This document shows, piece after piece, positions 1-11,450 of a stretch of 64,000 bases of DNA (position 1 is the stretch's first letter; the number at the start of each line of letters is the position of its first letter). The DNA is from Lophium mytilinum (Eukaryota): NCBI GenBank assembly GCA_010093605.1, contig MU004189.1, positions 1,371,834 to 1,435,833 of the forward strand. The letters run 5' to 3'. The position numbers and the translations under genes were made by a program. Under the pieces are notes generated by a model. The model ran no database searches, had not been told where the DNA came from, and worked only from the letters and a program-made list of their open reading frames with translations.

Positions 1-1008
1 CAGCATGTATGATTCGTTCCAGATTTATTACGACGATGTGTCCCTAACATTTTTGAAGGGTGCAAGCAAACGCAAGACTGGATTGACACCGTCACGGAAA
101 CGGAGAACCACCAAATCAGCCTTCAAGACGTCAAGTCTGGCTTCAAAACCCATCGACTCTGGACTAATGGCAACTCAGCTAGCCAGGAGTACTACCTTAT
201 TGAAAACAGGCAACTCACAGGCTTTGACGAGTCCCTACCTGGTGCCGGCCTACTCGTTTGGCACATCGACGATGCCGTGTCCTCCAACACAGACGAAAAC
301 CATCCCAAGGTCAAGATCATGCAAGCCGACGGGCTCGATCAGCTCAAGGCCAACTTCGGCCGTGGAGACGCCGGCGATGTGTTCCCTGGCCTCGCCAACA
401 ACCCTACATTCAACACTACATCCAACCCGAACAGCAAAGCGTATGCTGGAAACGATACTTATGTCTCCGTGACAAGCATCCCCCCGCCAGCTGCTTCCAT
501 CACGTTCAACATCACCGTCAAGCCCATAGATCAACCCCCTACGGGCGACTTCGACCCAAAGAAATGGTACCGCCTCAAAAACACCTTCCAGCCCCAGACC
601 GACTCCCTCGACGTCATCAACGACAACGGTTCTAACAGTACCGGACTCCTCCAAATGGCTCGCGATGGCAATTTCAGTGGCCAGTTCTGGCAGATTAAGT
701 CCAACAGCGACGGCACCTACGCCCTTCGCACCCTCTTCCTCGGCCCAGATCGCCAGCTCGATGTTTACAGCAACGATAAGCTGACGCCAGTTCTTGATAA
801 AGCCGGCTTCTTCACAGGCCAGTTCTGGATTATCAAGCCTTGGGGCGATGGCACATGGCATTTGGAGAATGCGTACGGTGGGCCGTTTCTGTACCTGGAT
901 ACTTTGGAGGGTGGGCCGAAGGTTGCGATGAATCAGGCGAATACGGGGAGGCCGACGCAGAGGTGGACGATTACGCCGATTCGGGATATCACTGAAAGTG
1001 GATTTTGA
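1..1008 (+). CDS. 3' part of an M6 (immune inhibitor A-like) metalloprotease with C-terminal ricin-B lectin domain; 5' end lies outside the window
   Basis: Removing intron 7-58 (GTATGA..CTAAC..AAG) gives AWCKQTQDW...EYYLIENRQLTGFDESLPGAGLLVWHID...QADG..RGDAGDVFPG, typical of the M6 C-terminal half. It is followed by three QxW repeats (GQFWQI, GQFWII, TQRWTI). The zinc-binding HExxH is not in the window. Confidence 0.8.
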
Positions 1009-1353
1009 TTGAATGTGGAAAGCCTGGAGTTTTGAAAGGCCTTTCTAGCTCTTTCCCAATATCATTAGTTCGAACATACGAGAAAAGGCAAGCAAATAAG
1101 GTTTTATGAGGTAGTATGAGTGCACAGTGCTGCACATTGGGACGTTCAAACTGGTTGACCTTCAGTCGCAGGTACACAAGGTTCTCGAGATTTATTCGTT
1201 TAGGGTTTTTGTACAAGTAATTCAAGTAATTCAACTCTCACTGGATCTTGCAACGGTTGATGAACAATGATAACATTATCATTGAGTTGTAGGTAATAGC
1301 AGGACTATACGAACGCTGGGAACCCCTACAGCCCCTTGGAGTGCCTACCAAAT

Positions 1354-4300
1354 CTACCCTTTTCTCAACATCTTTTCAGGAGGCGGAGGGTCTTCCTTTG
1401 GTGGCTGCAGCGCTTTGATGACACACTCCTCCCAAATTTTGCCCTCTAGCACGTACAGAGCCTCGAAAGTTTGCTCAGCAAATGCTGGGTAGGGCCCGAT
1501 AGCGCGAATTGAATTTTCGTATGTCGTCCGAATATACCGTATTGTGTCAGAAAGCCATGCTCGAGCCTCAATCTCCACCATGGCAAAGTAGTCAGGGAAC
1601 CATTCGTCCCAATGGGCTACTACGCCGTCAGCTTCGGGTACGTTCTCCTCCAGAAGCACCAGTCGGTTTCGAATATCATCGCGAACGTTGAGGAACCTCT
1701 CTGATGCGGCGTCGTCATTAAGGTAATTGAAGACCCCTATTGTCTATTTAATGTAGAGTTAGCGATGCGTTTTCTTCGGTAGCTTCTGCTGCGCACTCAC
1801 CCCTCTCAAAGTTTGGAGCAAGAGCTCATGGGAAGTTTGATTTCCTGCCATGGCCTCCCTAGTGGTCCTCCGTAATACGTCCACGTGCATTGGGTCGTTT
1901 AGGGCGAATACTGCCCCCTTATAGTTGTTGATAAGCCGTGCAGTGGGTATGAAATTTGCTGCGTTGAATCGTGTGCCAAACGCTTCCCAGACACGCTGCG
2001 CCGGTTCTCTTGATGTAGATCCTCCGGGGACAAACCGTGGGATTCCATTAGGTAAAGCCGCATTGTTGAAATATCTTCCCTCCCAGAACTCGGTTGCGAT
2101 TGGCGGAGTAGTGGTCGGTCGACCTGATCTTAACTGACCAGTGTTTGCTGTTCGGACAAACTCTGAATGTAGTTGAAGCTATTTAAAGTTAGAATTATCG
2201 ACGCTTCCAATTTAGTTTAAAGGAACCTACGTCGACCGGGTGTTCTGCTTCCATATCGGGCGGCAGACTACTCGGGGGGCTGTCGAGATTAAGCGGTTCA
2301 TTTTGCACCGCTGTATCGTCACATCGATTAGTAGTCATTCGAAACCACCTGGGGTATACAATAAAGAGCCGGGTGCCTCGGAAAAGATCTCCCCTCCTAG
2401 GAGCCGGTATGGCGAAACTTATGATAGGCTTTTCCCGTCCCACCAAGTGAAATGGAAACGGCCGCCTCCCTTTGCGTCGCTCCAATTTATTGGTAACTGT
2501 GAGACCATCTTCGAGCGTAGCATCACGTCTGAAGAGTTCGTCAGAAGCCTCCGAGTCTTCATCTGTGCATAGCAGTGGACTGGTGTCGCAAATAGATATA
2601 TGGCAGGTTGTCGGTTCTTTAGGCGGAGTTTTGACCTTGCAGCAATTGGCCTTGTATCTATCATCTTTGGCGTTCATTAGGCCCGTTTGAGAAATAAAGT
2701 CATGGGTGAAACTTACAACCACAGGATGGGAAACCCCTCCCTTGACCATTCAAGGCGATAGTAACCTCGTCTGCGTTACATTTTGCATCGGGACAATCTG
2801 GCTGAGAGCCAACCCAGCGACAATCGTATAGTGACGTCGGACGAGGGCAGCAGTATTTGTACCATGGGTGGATAATAGTGCACTTCGTCGAGTCGTATAA
2901 GTTGCTGACCTCATCTTCTGAGGATTTGCATGACCCACCACTATCAGTATTAGCTTGATGCCATTCCCATCTTCAAAGAAAGTCAGTAGCGTGAAGGGAT
3001 GGCTTACCAGCTCGTCCAGTAACAGCCTTCAATCAAATCTTTCCAGCCTCCCGCTTCGCAACAAAAGACCTTGTATCCCCGCCTGCATTTCTTTTGATTT
3101 CCACCTTCCTCCGTAGGTAGTCCGCCCCAGGAGTTCTTGAGGATGAGGGTTTCTCCTACGTGGCATTGACCATTGCAATCATAAGCTTTGCCAGTTCCGC
3201 CTCTCCAAACGCAGCTTTTTGGCGCAGTATCCTGAGGGCAGCAGATGATCTTCCCGTATCCATGCTACGAGAAAAGTTAGTAAGGAAACACATCATTTAT
3301 ATTACGTAACGATGAATCGTGACGTACTCCACAATCGCTGCGTTCCCAGCCAATCTTGACACGATTTTTGCCGCAATGAGCAGCAACAGGGTTTTCGACA
3401 TCGGTGCAGACATCGACAAGCTTGCAGTCTTGCCCATTCTGACCAATGAGGTTTTGGGCGATGTTGACGGGGTTTGGTGAAAATTGCTTTGTTTGGATCT
3501 CCAGATGTTTAATATCCCTAGACAATAAGCCGCTGTGAGCAGAGTATTTGTCATCGTCTATAGTGTGTCAGCGTTCACACTCTGATATGGAGAATAGGGG
3601 GAATCTGGATAATGGTACCTGCATCCGAAGCCCAGATGAGCGAGCCTCCTAGACCAAGATCATTCGCCCAATCAACTTTTTGCTTGAAGGTTTCGGCGTC
3701 ATCGTACGAGACCCACTGATTGCCATTGTAAACGACATACTTGACAGCAGCCGATTTGTCATAGACAGGTTTTAGATCGGAGTGCTGGCTGAGAAGGGCC
3801 TTAATCTCGTAGTACTCGAGAATGCCGCTGGTAGCAGAGCAAGGGCCCGGATCGGCTCCTCCGCTGAACAAACATCCTGGTTTTGCGCAAGCGGGGTCCG
3901 ACAACTGAAAGGAGCGGCCGTAGAATCCGAACCCTAATAAGACCTTGGAGGGCGGGATCTTCACTCTCCTATTAAGATGTCGTTAGCAGAAGCTTATCTC
4001 TGGCAGATCGATCAAAACCCTACCAGAACAGTTCAAGGGCGTAGCCTATCTCAGTCAAGTTGGTGTGGCCTTGAACAATACTCCCGATTGGATTATTGCG
4101 GTCCCAGACTCCATGGAGGTCGTAAGTCATAACATTGACCCAGTCGCTATACTTCAGCATGCCTGGGAGATCGAACCACCTGAGATACCAGTACGACGAC
4201 GGCGCAGTGAACGTGATTCCGAGGCCCCTAGGAGATGCATCGAAGGCATTTCTCAGGGCTTGTAGGAGTAGAACATAATTGTTGGTGTCTTCGGGTCTTC

Positions 4301-5544
4301 CACCCCTGTCACTGCGAGTGAATGAGTATTTTCCGTGCCCAAAATACCAGAGATGGATTGACTTACGGTGCCCCTGGATATTCCCAGTCGATGTCAATCC
4401 CTAAAGACTATTAGTGCAGCCCGAGGTGAAGAAGTAGGGCCAGGCTCTTACCATCGAACCCATGGCCATTCAAGAATGCCAAAACGTTGTTAGCGAACTT
4501 CTCTCGATTCTGCACCGACGAGGCGATGTTTCCGAACACGGGTTGTGTTGCTGTGCCATTATCCGAGAAAGTCCAGCCGCCTACACTAATGAACACCTTG
4601 AGAGCACTATTATCATTCTTTGTCAGAACAGTAGATTCAAAGAGTTCTGCCGGAGTCTTGGAGTCCATGGGCACGAGTTCGAAGGAATTTGGATCGACGG
4701 ATGCGAACGCGAGATTCAGATGAGTGAGTTCTGTCACTATATCACTAGTCAGGATCTCTTCAGTAGACAGCTGGAGTTACGCGAATGATTCACTTACGTG
4801 GAAGGTCTTGAGGATGAACCTTGTGGCAAGCCAATCGATCAGCCCAAGACTGGTAGTATCCGATGACTATGGCGGAACGAAGTTAGCAATACGGTAATAC
4901 TCTCTTGTTCATGGGTCTCTACTACCTCTATCGAAGACTCGCCCGGTGCTTCCGGATGGCTTTGGGTGAAGCACACAATTGCTCTGGCAGTCCTTGCCAC
5001 AGAATTCTTCTGTAGTGCCACAAAACCCAAATGGACTACAGCTGTGGCTTGGGTCAGCGGCATATTTGTAGGTAGGTTCAATACTGTTTCAATATACCAA
5101 GCGTTGAGCGGACAAGTCTTTCCAGCCGGATCGGAGCATTCTCCGCACTCTGCTACGGCATCACAATTTGAAGTACATCCAGCACCACAATACGCGGCGC
5201 CTAGATATAAGTGCTTGCGTCAGCAAGCGCCTCATTATGCTGTCCTAGAGGGTATGCTTACAGTAACCACAGTAACCACTAGGACCGCAACAGGCACCGT
5301 TCGAACACGGCTTCCCCGGGCCACAGGTATAGTCATCCCGGCGTAGGATGTGCGATGTATTGGCGAGGGCAGGGTTGTTTGCATCGAGCTGGGTGCTCCA
5401 CTGGACAACGTCGGGGGGATCTGGAAGTTCTCCTGTGGAAAACTTTGACTGAGGCCAACAGAATAGCAGGAGCAAGAGGCCAGCGGCCGTCAACACAAGC
5501 AATGCTGAGGACACTCGGCCAACTCTAGCAGATGATGATCGCAT
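1354..5544 (-). CDS. Subgroup C (killer-toxin-like) GH18 chitinase: hydrophobic N-terminus, hevein/CBM18 repeats, GH18 domain, Cys-rich region and long C-terminal domain; multi-exon
   Basis: ATG at 5544; CGPGKPCSNGACCGPSGYCG hevein motif; KVFISVGGW; intact spliced FDG/IDIDWEYPG catalytic motif; VMTYDLHG; WVSYDD; LGGSLIWASD. Downstream exons read open to the stop at 1354. Confidence 0.9.
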
Positions 5545-5961
5545 GGTGATCACTGCCAGGGCGGATTGAAGGGGACAAGGCTTTGACTTTGATGATGGAC
5601 CTGGATACGAGGGAGGTGAAAGGTATTTAGGAGAGAGGAGGGAGGGAGTACAGAGGTTGAAGTACAGAGTTCGTAGGAAACATTTTAGCTGGCAGGCTGG
5701 CAGTAGCTTCTTCTCAAGCGGTGTGTCGTGGACGCTGATTCGCTGGAATCTCTAAGCCAATTCACTTTACAGTGGCCCACGCTTCCCCGATCGCCTGACC
5801 CACGGCCAGCATCGGAGCAAAGCCGTGGAATCAAAATGTTCGTCAGTTCACTGACATCTAACGTATTCTGCTTCATCCTTCATTTCTGTGAACTACCCAG
5901 CACCTTTTTCCAACTCCCTTACGAGGCTTCATACCTTAAAACACTTCGTAGAAACAGCATA
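5545..5961. promoter_or_regulatory. Probable bidirectional promoter between the chitinase and LysM genes
   Basis: About 417 bp separates the two divergent start codons (5544 and 5962). Confidence 0.55.
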
Positions 5962-8301
5962 ATGATGCACTGGCTCCTCCTTCTTATCCTTCTACTAGCC
6001 ACCTCTGATGCCCCAAGATGCTTGGGGCAGCAGTTTTCGGATCTGCCTCTTCCGGTATCATGGTCTGGCATAACGGAATCGTGCTCTCGTGCTCTCAACG
6101 CTACGGTCAGTTGCACGGCGTTCCTGGGGTCCGTGTCCGTCGAGTAAGTAGCCAGAAAACCACAGTATCTTAATCATGGTTGCCTCCTTCAGCTCGACAG
6201 CTTACTTAAAGTCGTACAGTAATGGCCGTCTGAACCCTCAGGATCTTGCGAGCCTTTGTACCGCGACGTGCCTCGATTCACTTCATGATACCCTTCTCTC
6301 GATACGAGGCAGCTGTACCAACTCTACGGACATCATTGTCATTGATCAGGTCACATATCCAGGTACTGTCGACATTTATAGCCTGGGGACGAATGGTTGA
6401 GTCCTAATATCTATGCAGCAACGTACCTCGTGGATCGATTTCTCTACACATACAGTCTTGCTTGCAAACGAGATTCGTAGGTCGAAACAGTGCACAATAA
6501 CACTATCTTTCCTATACTAATCATATCCAGGGCTACTGGAGAGTTCTGTGATACGTTGTTCATATCCTGGCTCAATCAACAAGCATTGACGACTGCCCAA
6601 GAATGCTCCGATTGTGTGCTTGGGGTCTCGCAAATCCAGCTCAACTCGCCTTTTGGCTACAGCGATGATCTCGCCGAGGACTTCCGGTCGGATACTGCAA
6701 GCTGCGGCGCTACCAACTACTCCTTCACGAGCCCGCCACCGTACACCCAAAACCACACAGCCACACCGACGTTAGCAATCGCGACGCCGACTTGCTCAAG
6801 CTATGCTGTACAAGCCAACGATACATGTGACTCTATCGCGGTTGCGCATAATGTGTCTACATTCTCCGTCGTCTCTCTAAATGGGCTTTATCTCGACTGT
6901 AGTGATCTTGCCGTCGGCCGAGACATATGCCTCGCAAGCGCATGCATGCTGCATGAGGTTCAATGGGGTGAGACTTGCGCAAGCATACTAGAGGGGCTTG
7001 GACAGAAGGTCACTGGGACGCAATTGCTTGCGTGGAATCCGAATATTAACGGGCTTTGCGGAAACATCTACGACATGGTGGGGACACATATCTGCGTCAG
7101 GTAAGATCTAGAAGTTTGCTTTTTGAAGTTCGACCTAGACCTCGGAAGTAGTTTGAGCTAAGTGATTTTTCTGCTACAGTTCTCCGGGTGGGGCACTCAT
7201 CACGTTGGCCCCTAATGCAGCACTGGCGGCATCGACGGTCCAATCTCTCGTGCCTCGGCCTACAAACTCCTTCAATGAATCCAATTCCGACTGTGGTAAA
7301 TGGTACACTGTAAGTAAGCACCTCTGCTCACTCATTTTCAAGATATCTTATCGGATCCCCATTAGATTCAAGACGGAGATTACTGCGATAAGGTGTCCGT
7401 CTACTTTAGCATCGCGTTGAAAGACTTCTACTTTCTTAATCCGGAGGTCAACTCGCAGTGCACCAACCTGGTCTTGGGGGTAGCATATTGCGTACAGGCT
7501 GTTGGCGATATCGCCACATACCCCGGGTATTCGAACTCCCAATTTTTCACCTTGACATCAATGTCCTATTCGACCAGTTTGTTCACAACTCTTGAATATC
7601 ATGGATATCCTAGTCCAACACCTACCTCACAACTACCCCAAGCCCCCGGGACTCGGCCGAACTGTACTTCCTATCAAAACTACCAGCCTCTGCCTACCGT
7701 AGCCGATCAATCCGAGGTCCCAGAGATACTCGCCGGAACAGTCTACTCTAATTACTCGAATACCTGCAACTACCTCGCAAGAAAGTACCAAGTCAGGTTC
7801 ACCGATCTCCTACTCTGGAATCCTAGCCTATCTAATTCGAGCGTCGATTGTGCATTGCAACCTAGCTATAGCTACTGTGTTAAGATGATGGATAGCGCTA
7901 CACCAGACGATCCAGGTAAGTCTGTAGACCTCCTCAACCTGTCTTATCAGTTCAGCTTATACGAAAATTAGCAAATACTGGGAATGATTGCTTGGACGTT
8001 ACCCCGAATAAGCCCGGCACAATTCCATCGTGCACCTGCTTTACCATCCTCTATGGCGACGACGGCAATGAAGACCGTGAGTAAACGATTCTATCATATC
8101 GAGAGACTGTCAAAATTTAACACTTGGGTCGTAGAATATCCCTGCTCAGATATTGCCGCAGACTATAATGTTACGGTCAATGATCTAGAAAGTTGGAACC
8201 CCTGGATTGGCTCAGACTGCGATGAAGGGATATATCAAGGCACAAACGTTACCGACTTCAACGTCGTATGTGTTGGCGTCAATGGTACCAGTACTGTGTA
8301 G
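5962..8301 (+). CDS. Secreted Cys-rich multi-LysM (CBM50) protein with about 5 LysM domains; multi-exon
   Basis: Signal peptide MMHWLLLLILLLATS; LysM motifs YAVQANDTCDSIA, HEVQWGETCASI..LLAWNPNI, QDGDYCDKVS..FYFLNPEV, TCNYLA..LLLWNPSL, YPCSDIA..LESWNPWI. The 3' end is uncertain because GTAGGT at 8298 could be a splice donor. Confidence 0.88.
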
Positions 8302-8896
8302 GTGTACTACCATATTCGGGGGGGAGGGTGAGAACCTTGACAGGCGTAGGAATCAGACCACTTTTGTCAAGCAGACAGGCATTTCATTTTCGATTGAACT
8401 TAGATAGCCGTTTCTTGACACAAAACTTTAGGCTCAATTTGTACCTTGACGTGACTTGCTTCTAACTAGAAGCTAGTCTAGCATCTTTGTTCTAAAATGT
8501 CTTGAATAACGAACTAGCTCAGGAGAGGATTGTTGCAGCGTTTCAATCAAGTGACATAATCGCGCTAGCATTCACGATCTCGGGTGCGGCGCGCACCTGA
8601 TCAAGCCCCTCGGTGGCTCGCCCATCCTGCCCAGCAATCCTCTTCAAACCACAAAAATCACAACCACGGTGCAATGAGTTTGCTAATGCATTCAATATGT
8701 AAGCGAATTATCATTGAAAGCCCATACCATAAATAAAGCTCACCGTTCGATGAAAATAGGTAGAAAGCACGCTGTCAACTTCGTGAGAATCGCCGCCCGC
8801 CAGGCCGATCACGCAATCTCCCGAACACACCACCTGCGCGTCACAAAAGCAATTGTCGCATCTCCATTGGGTAACAGCGCCCTTTCTTATAGACCC

Positions 8897-9619
8897 ATGT
8901 CTACCTCACCGCCATCCATGAGGGAATCGTCTGCCACGAGGGACATCCGCGCCAGACTGCGGAGCCTCAAACACAACAAATGGGGCTTCATCATCTACCG
9001 CTGCACATACACCTCAGACTCTGCCTGGAACCTCTTGATGGAACGCCTTCACGAAGGCGCACGGGAAGCCCTTGAGGAGTCCGACAGCTTAGATCTGCTC
9101 GCCATGCTCGACCTCACCGTGCGCGACGACCAATCCCGTTTCGATGGCGCTACAAAGGATGAAGTCCGCAAGCACTTTCTGGAGTGGACCAAATCCAAGG
9201 ATGCAGCGGCGGAGCAGCCAGATGACGCTGTAAAGGCCTTTCTCAACGATCCTGCAGGAGGCATGAATGGCCTCACGGCGCGCTACCAATTTCCGATCTA
9301 CGTTGACGAAGACGCCATGCGGAGTGTGTCTGAAGCGTTGCCACCTTGGAGATGGAAGGATGGATATGTCGTCATGATTCACAGTTCTTGGGAGATGCTG
9401 GACCCAGAGACTTTCAACTACGAGGAGGAGGGACTTGTGCGTGGAGAGGATGACCCATCCGATGAAGGCGAAGAGTCCATTGAGGGATGCAAGCTAGAAG
9501 ATGTTGGATGGATGAAGGCGAACGTCTCAGACTTGGTTCCCGACAAATATTCACTGTTGAAGGACCCTGGAAATTGGGAGTCGTGGTATGTCAGGCCGCC
9601 GGGAGTATGGCACTCATGA
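8897..9619 (+). CDS. Uncharacterised fungal protein (WGFIIYRCTY family), tandem copy 1
   Basis: Intronless ORF from ATG 8897; KWGFIIYRCTY, DPETFNYE, IEGCKLEDVGW and RPPGVW motifs shared with the next gene. Confidence 0.8.
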   Translation: MSTSPPSMRESSATRDIRARLRSLKHNKWGFIIYRCTYTSDSAWNLLMERLHEGAREALEESDSLDLLAMLDLTVRDDQSRFDGATKDEVRKHFLEWTKSKDAAAEQPDDAVKAFLNDPAGGMNGLTARYQFPIYVDEDAMRSVSEALPPWRWKDGYVVMIHSSWEMLDPETFNYEEEGLVRGEDDPSDEGEESIEGCKLEDVGWMKANVSDLVPDKYSLLKDPGNWESWYVRPPGVWHS

Positions 9620-9801
9620 TGGGCTAATCGGCTGCGTCACGAGTCCCCGTGCAAGGTGAACTGGGGTTTAGCATCGATAGTTATAAAATTCATGTCTTAT
9701 GCGCCTCACCAAATCCCTTCGTCACTAGCAAGGCCCACGGAAGAACCACATGCTGCCCTAACCCATTTGTGTGAACCCAGGCGCGCCTCTTCGATAGAAC
9801 C

Positions 9802-10503
9802 ATGGCTTCTCCGTCTCGCAATGAAGACGGCTCCGCAAGGACAATTCGCGAGCAGCTGCAGTTCTGCAAGCACCAGAAATGGGGCTTCATTATCTATCGT
9901 TGCACGTACTCCTCCAACGCTGACTGGAAGCTCTTTATAGACCGCCTTAACGAGAAGGCGCAGGAAGGACTTGAGGCCTCCGGTGCGTTGGACCTAGCCC
10001 CAACACTAGACCTCACTGTCTTCCAAGACAAGTCCCGCTACAACGGCGCGAGCAAGGACGACATCCGCAAAGATTTCAAGCACTGGGTCAAGTCCGACGA
10101 GGCAGCAGCAGAGCAACCGCCTACTGGCGCCGGAGTCGCGAACAAGAACATGTTTGGCCAGGCAACTCGATACACATTCCCTGTCTACGTCGACGAGGAG
10201 GCGATGAGGAGCGTGATCGATCCGGCACCAGACAAGTGGCCTCACTCCGCCTACATCATACTGATCGACGGCGATTGGGAATTGCGGGATCCGGAGACCT
10301 TTGACTACGAAGCAATGGGATTTGATCTTGACGAGGATTGCATGGATGACGGCGAAGAGCCGATCGAGGGATGTAGGCTGGAGGACGTTGGCTGGTTGAA
10401 GGCTATGGTACTCGACCTCATCCCTGGGAAGTACGCGGGCCTTGAGCAGCCGGGACAATGGGCGTTCTACTATCGCAGGCCCCCGGGAATGTGGACTTAT
10501 TGA
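9802..10503 (+). CDS. Uncharacterised fungal protein (WGFIIYRCTY family), tandem copy 2
   Basis: 233-aa ORF collinear with copy 1: KWGFIIYRCTY, DPETFDYE, IEGCRLEDVGW, RPPGMW. Confidence 0.82.
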   Translation: MASPSRNEDGSARTIREQLQFCKHQKWGFIIYRCTYSSNADWKLFIDRLNEKAQEGLEASGALDLAPTLDLTVFQDKSRYNGASKDDIRKDFKHWVKSDEAAAEQPPTGAGVANKNMFGQATRYTFPVYVDEEAMRSVIDPAPDKWPHSAYIILIDGDWELRDPETFDYEAMGFDLDEDCMDDGEEPIEGCRLEDVGWLKAMVLDLIPGKYAGLEQPGQWAFYYRRPPGMWTY

Positions 10504-11450
10504 TGGCTGGCGTCTACAATGAACACGCCTAGCGAACTTGGGCTGGCCTCGATGATCACGGTATCTGGGACTTACTCTGAGACACATCACGAACGCTTCC
10601 ACGACTTGACACTCTTCACGGACCTGAGCTTCCACAGCACTTGCGAATTGGACACTGGGCCGTGAACAGGAGTTATGGAGTCGTCAGGCACTAACAATGG
10701 GAGCATCACTGCGAAATGAGATGCACTACCGACTATGGAATCCAGCCGACATGACTGAGATGCCAAAGGCAACGGCATATTGGGTATGCACTAAGCCCAA
10801 AAAATCAAGTCTCTCTACTCTGGAATTAGATGCACGTGAAAGAATGGTGAAATGTATGAAAGCAAAGAACGAAGCCGATTCTAGCCTAAATCCCCCAAGA
10901 CACCAACCTTCTGGAAGCAAATCGAGCCCAAATGCTGCGATACGCTTCAACAGGATGGAGGTGTCTTCATTTAACTGACTGTGACGATAAACGTACAGAA
11001 CGTCTTGAAAAGATACCTATGTCTTCCTTTGACTGACCATGAAATGAACTAACCTTGCTTACGATTTGATCTCATCACAGCCAGCTTCAAGGAAAGCCCC
11101 TCTCCTAGCCCAGAATCTCCCAACTCCAAGCCCACTCACCCATTAACCCTTAGACGAACCCCGAGCACGCACTCAAACGAAACAATAACCTCACAGCAAA
11201 ACAAGCAAAGCAAACATCATAGAACAATCCAGCCTCTGGCCAGCATTCAAATCTACCGGCGAAGCCCTCTACCAAAACCCTGACCTCCCAAACACCGCTC
11301 TATGCAACTCTACTCCAAACACCTCCGGCCCCAAAAATGCCTATGCAGACCCAACCCCAGAACGCCTCGCTCAGCCAATCCAAAAAGCTCGAAGATAGCC
11401 ACAAACACAGCTCACCACACCACCAAATCACACCCCACCTCTCTATCCCT

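Noticed and set aside
10560..11100. 93-aa ORF at 10697-10978
   Set aside because: No motif and surrounding frames are interrupted by stops; cannot be distinguished from a chance ORF.
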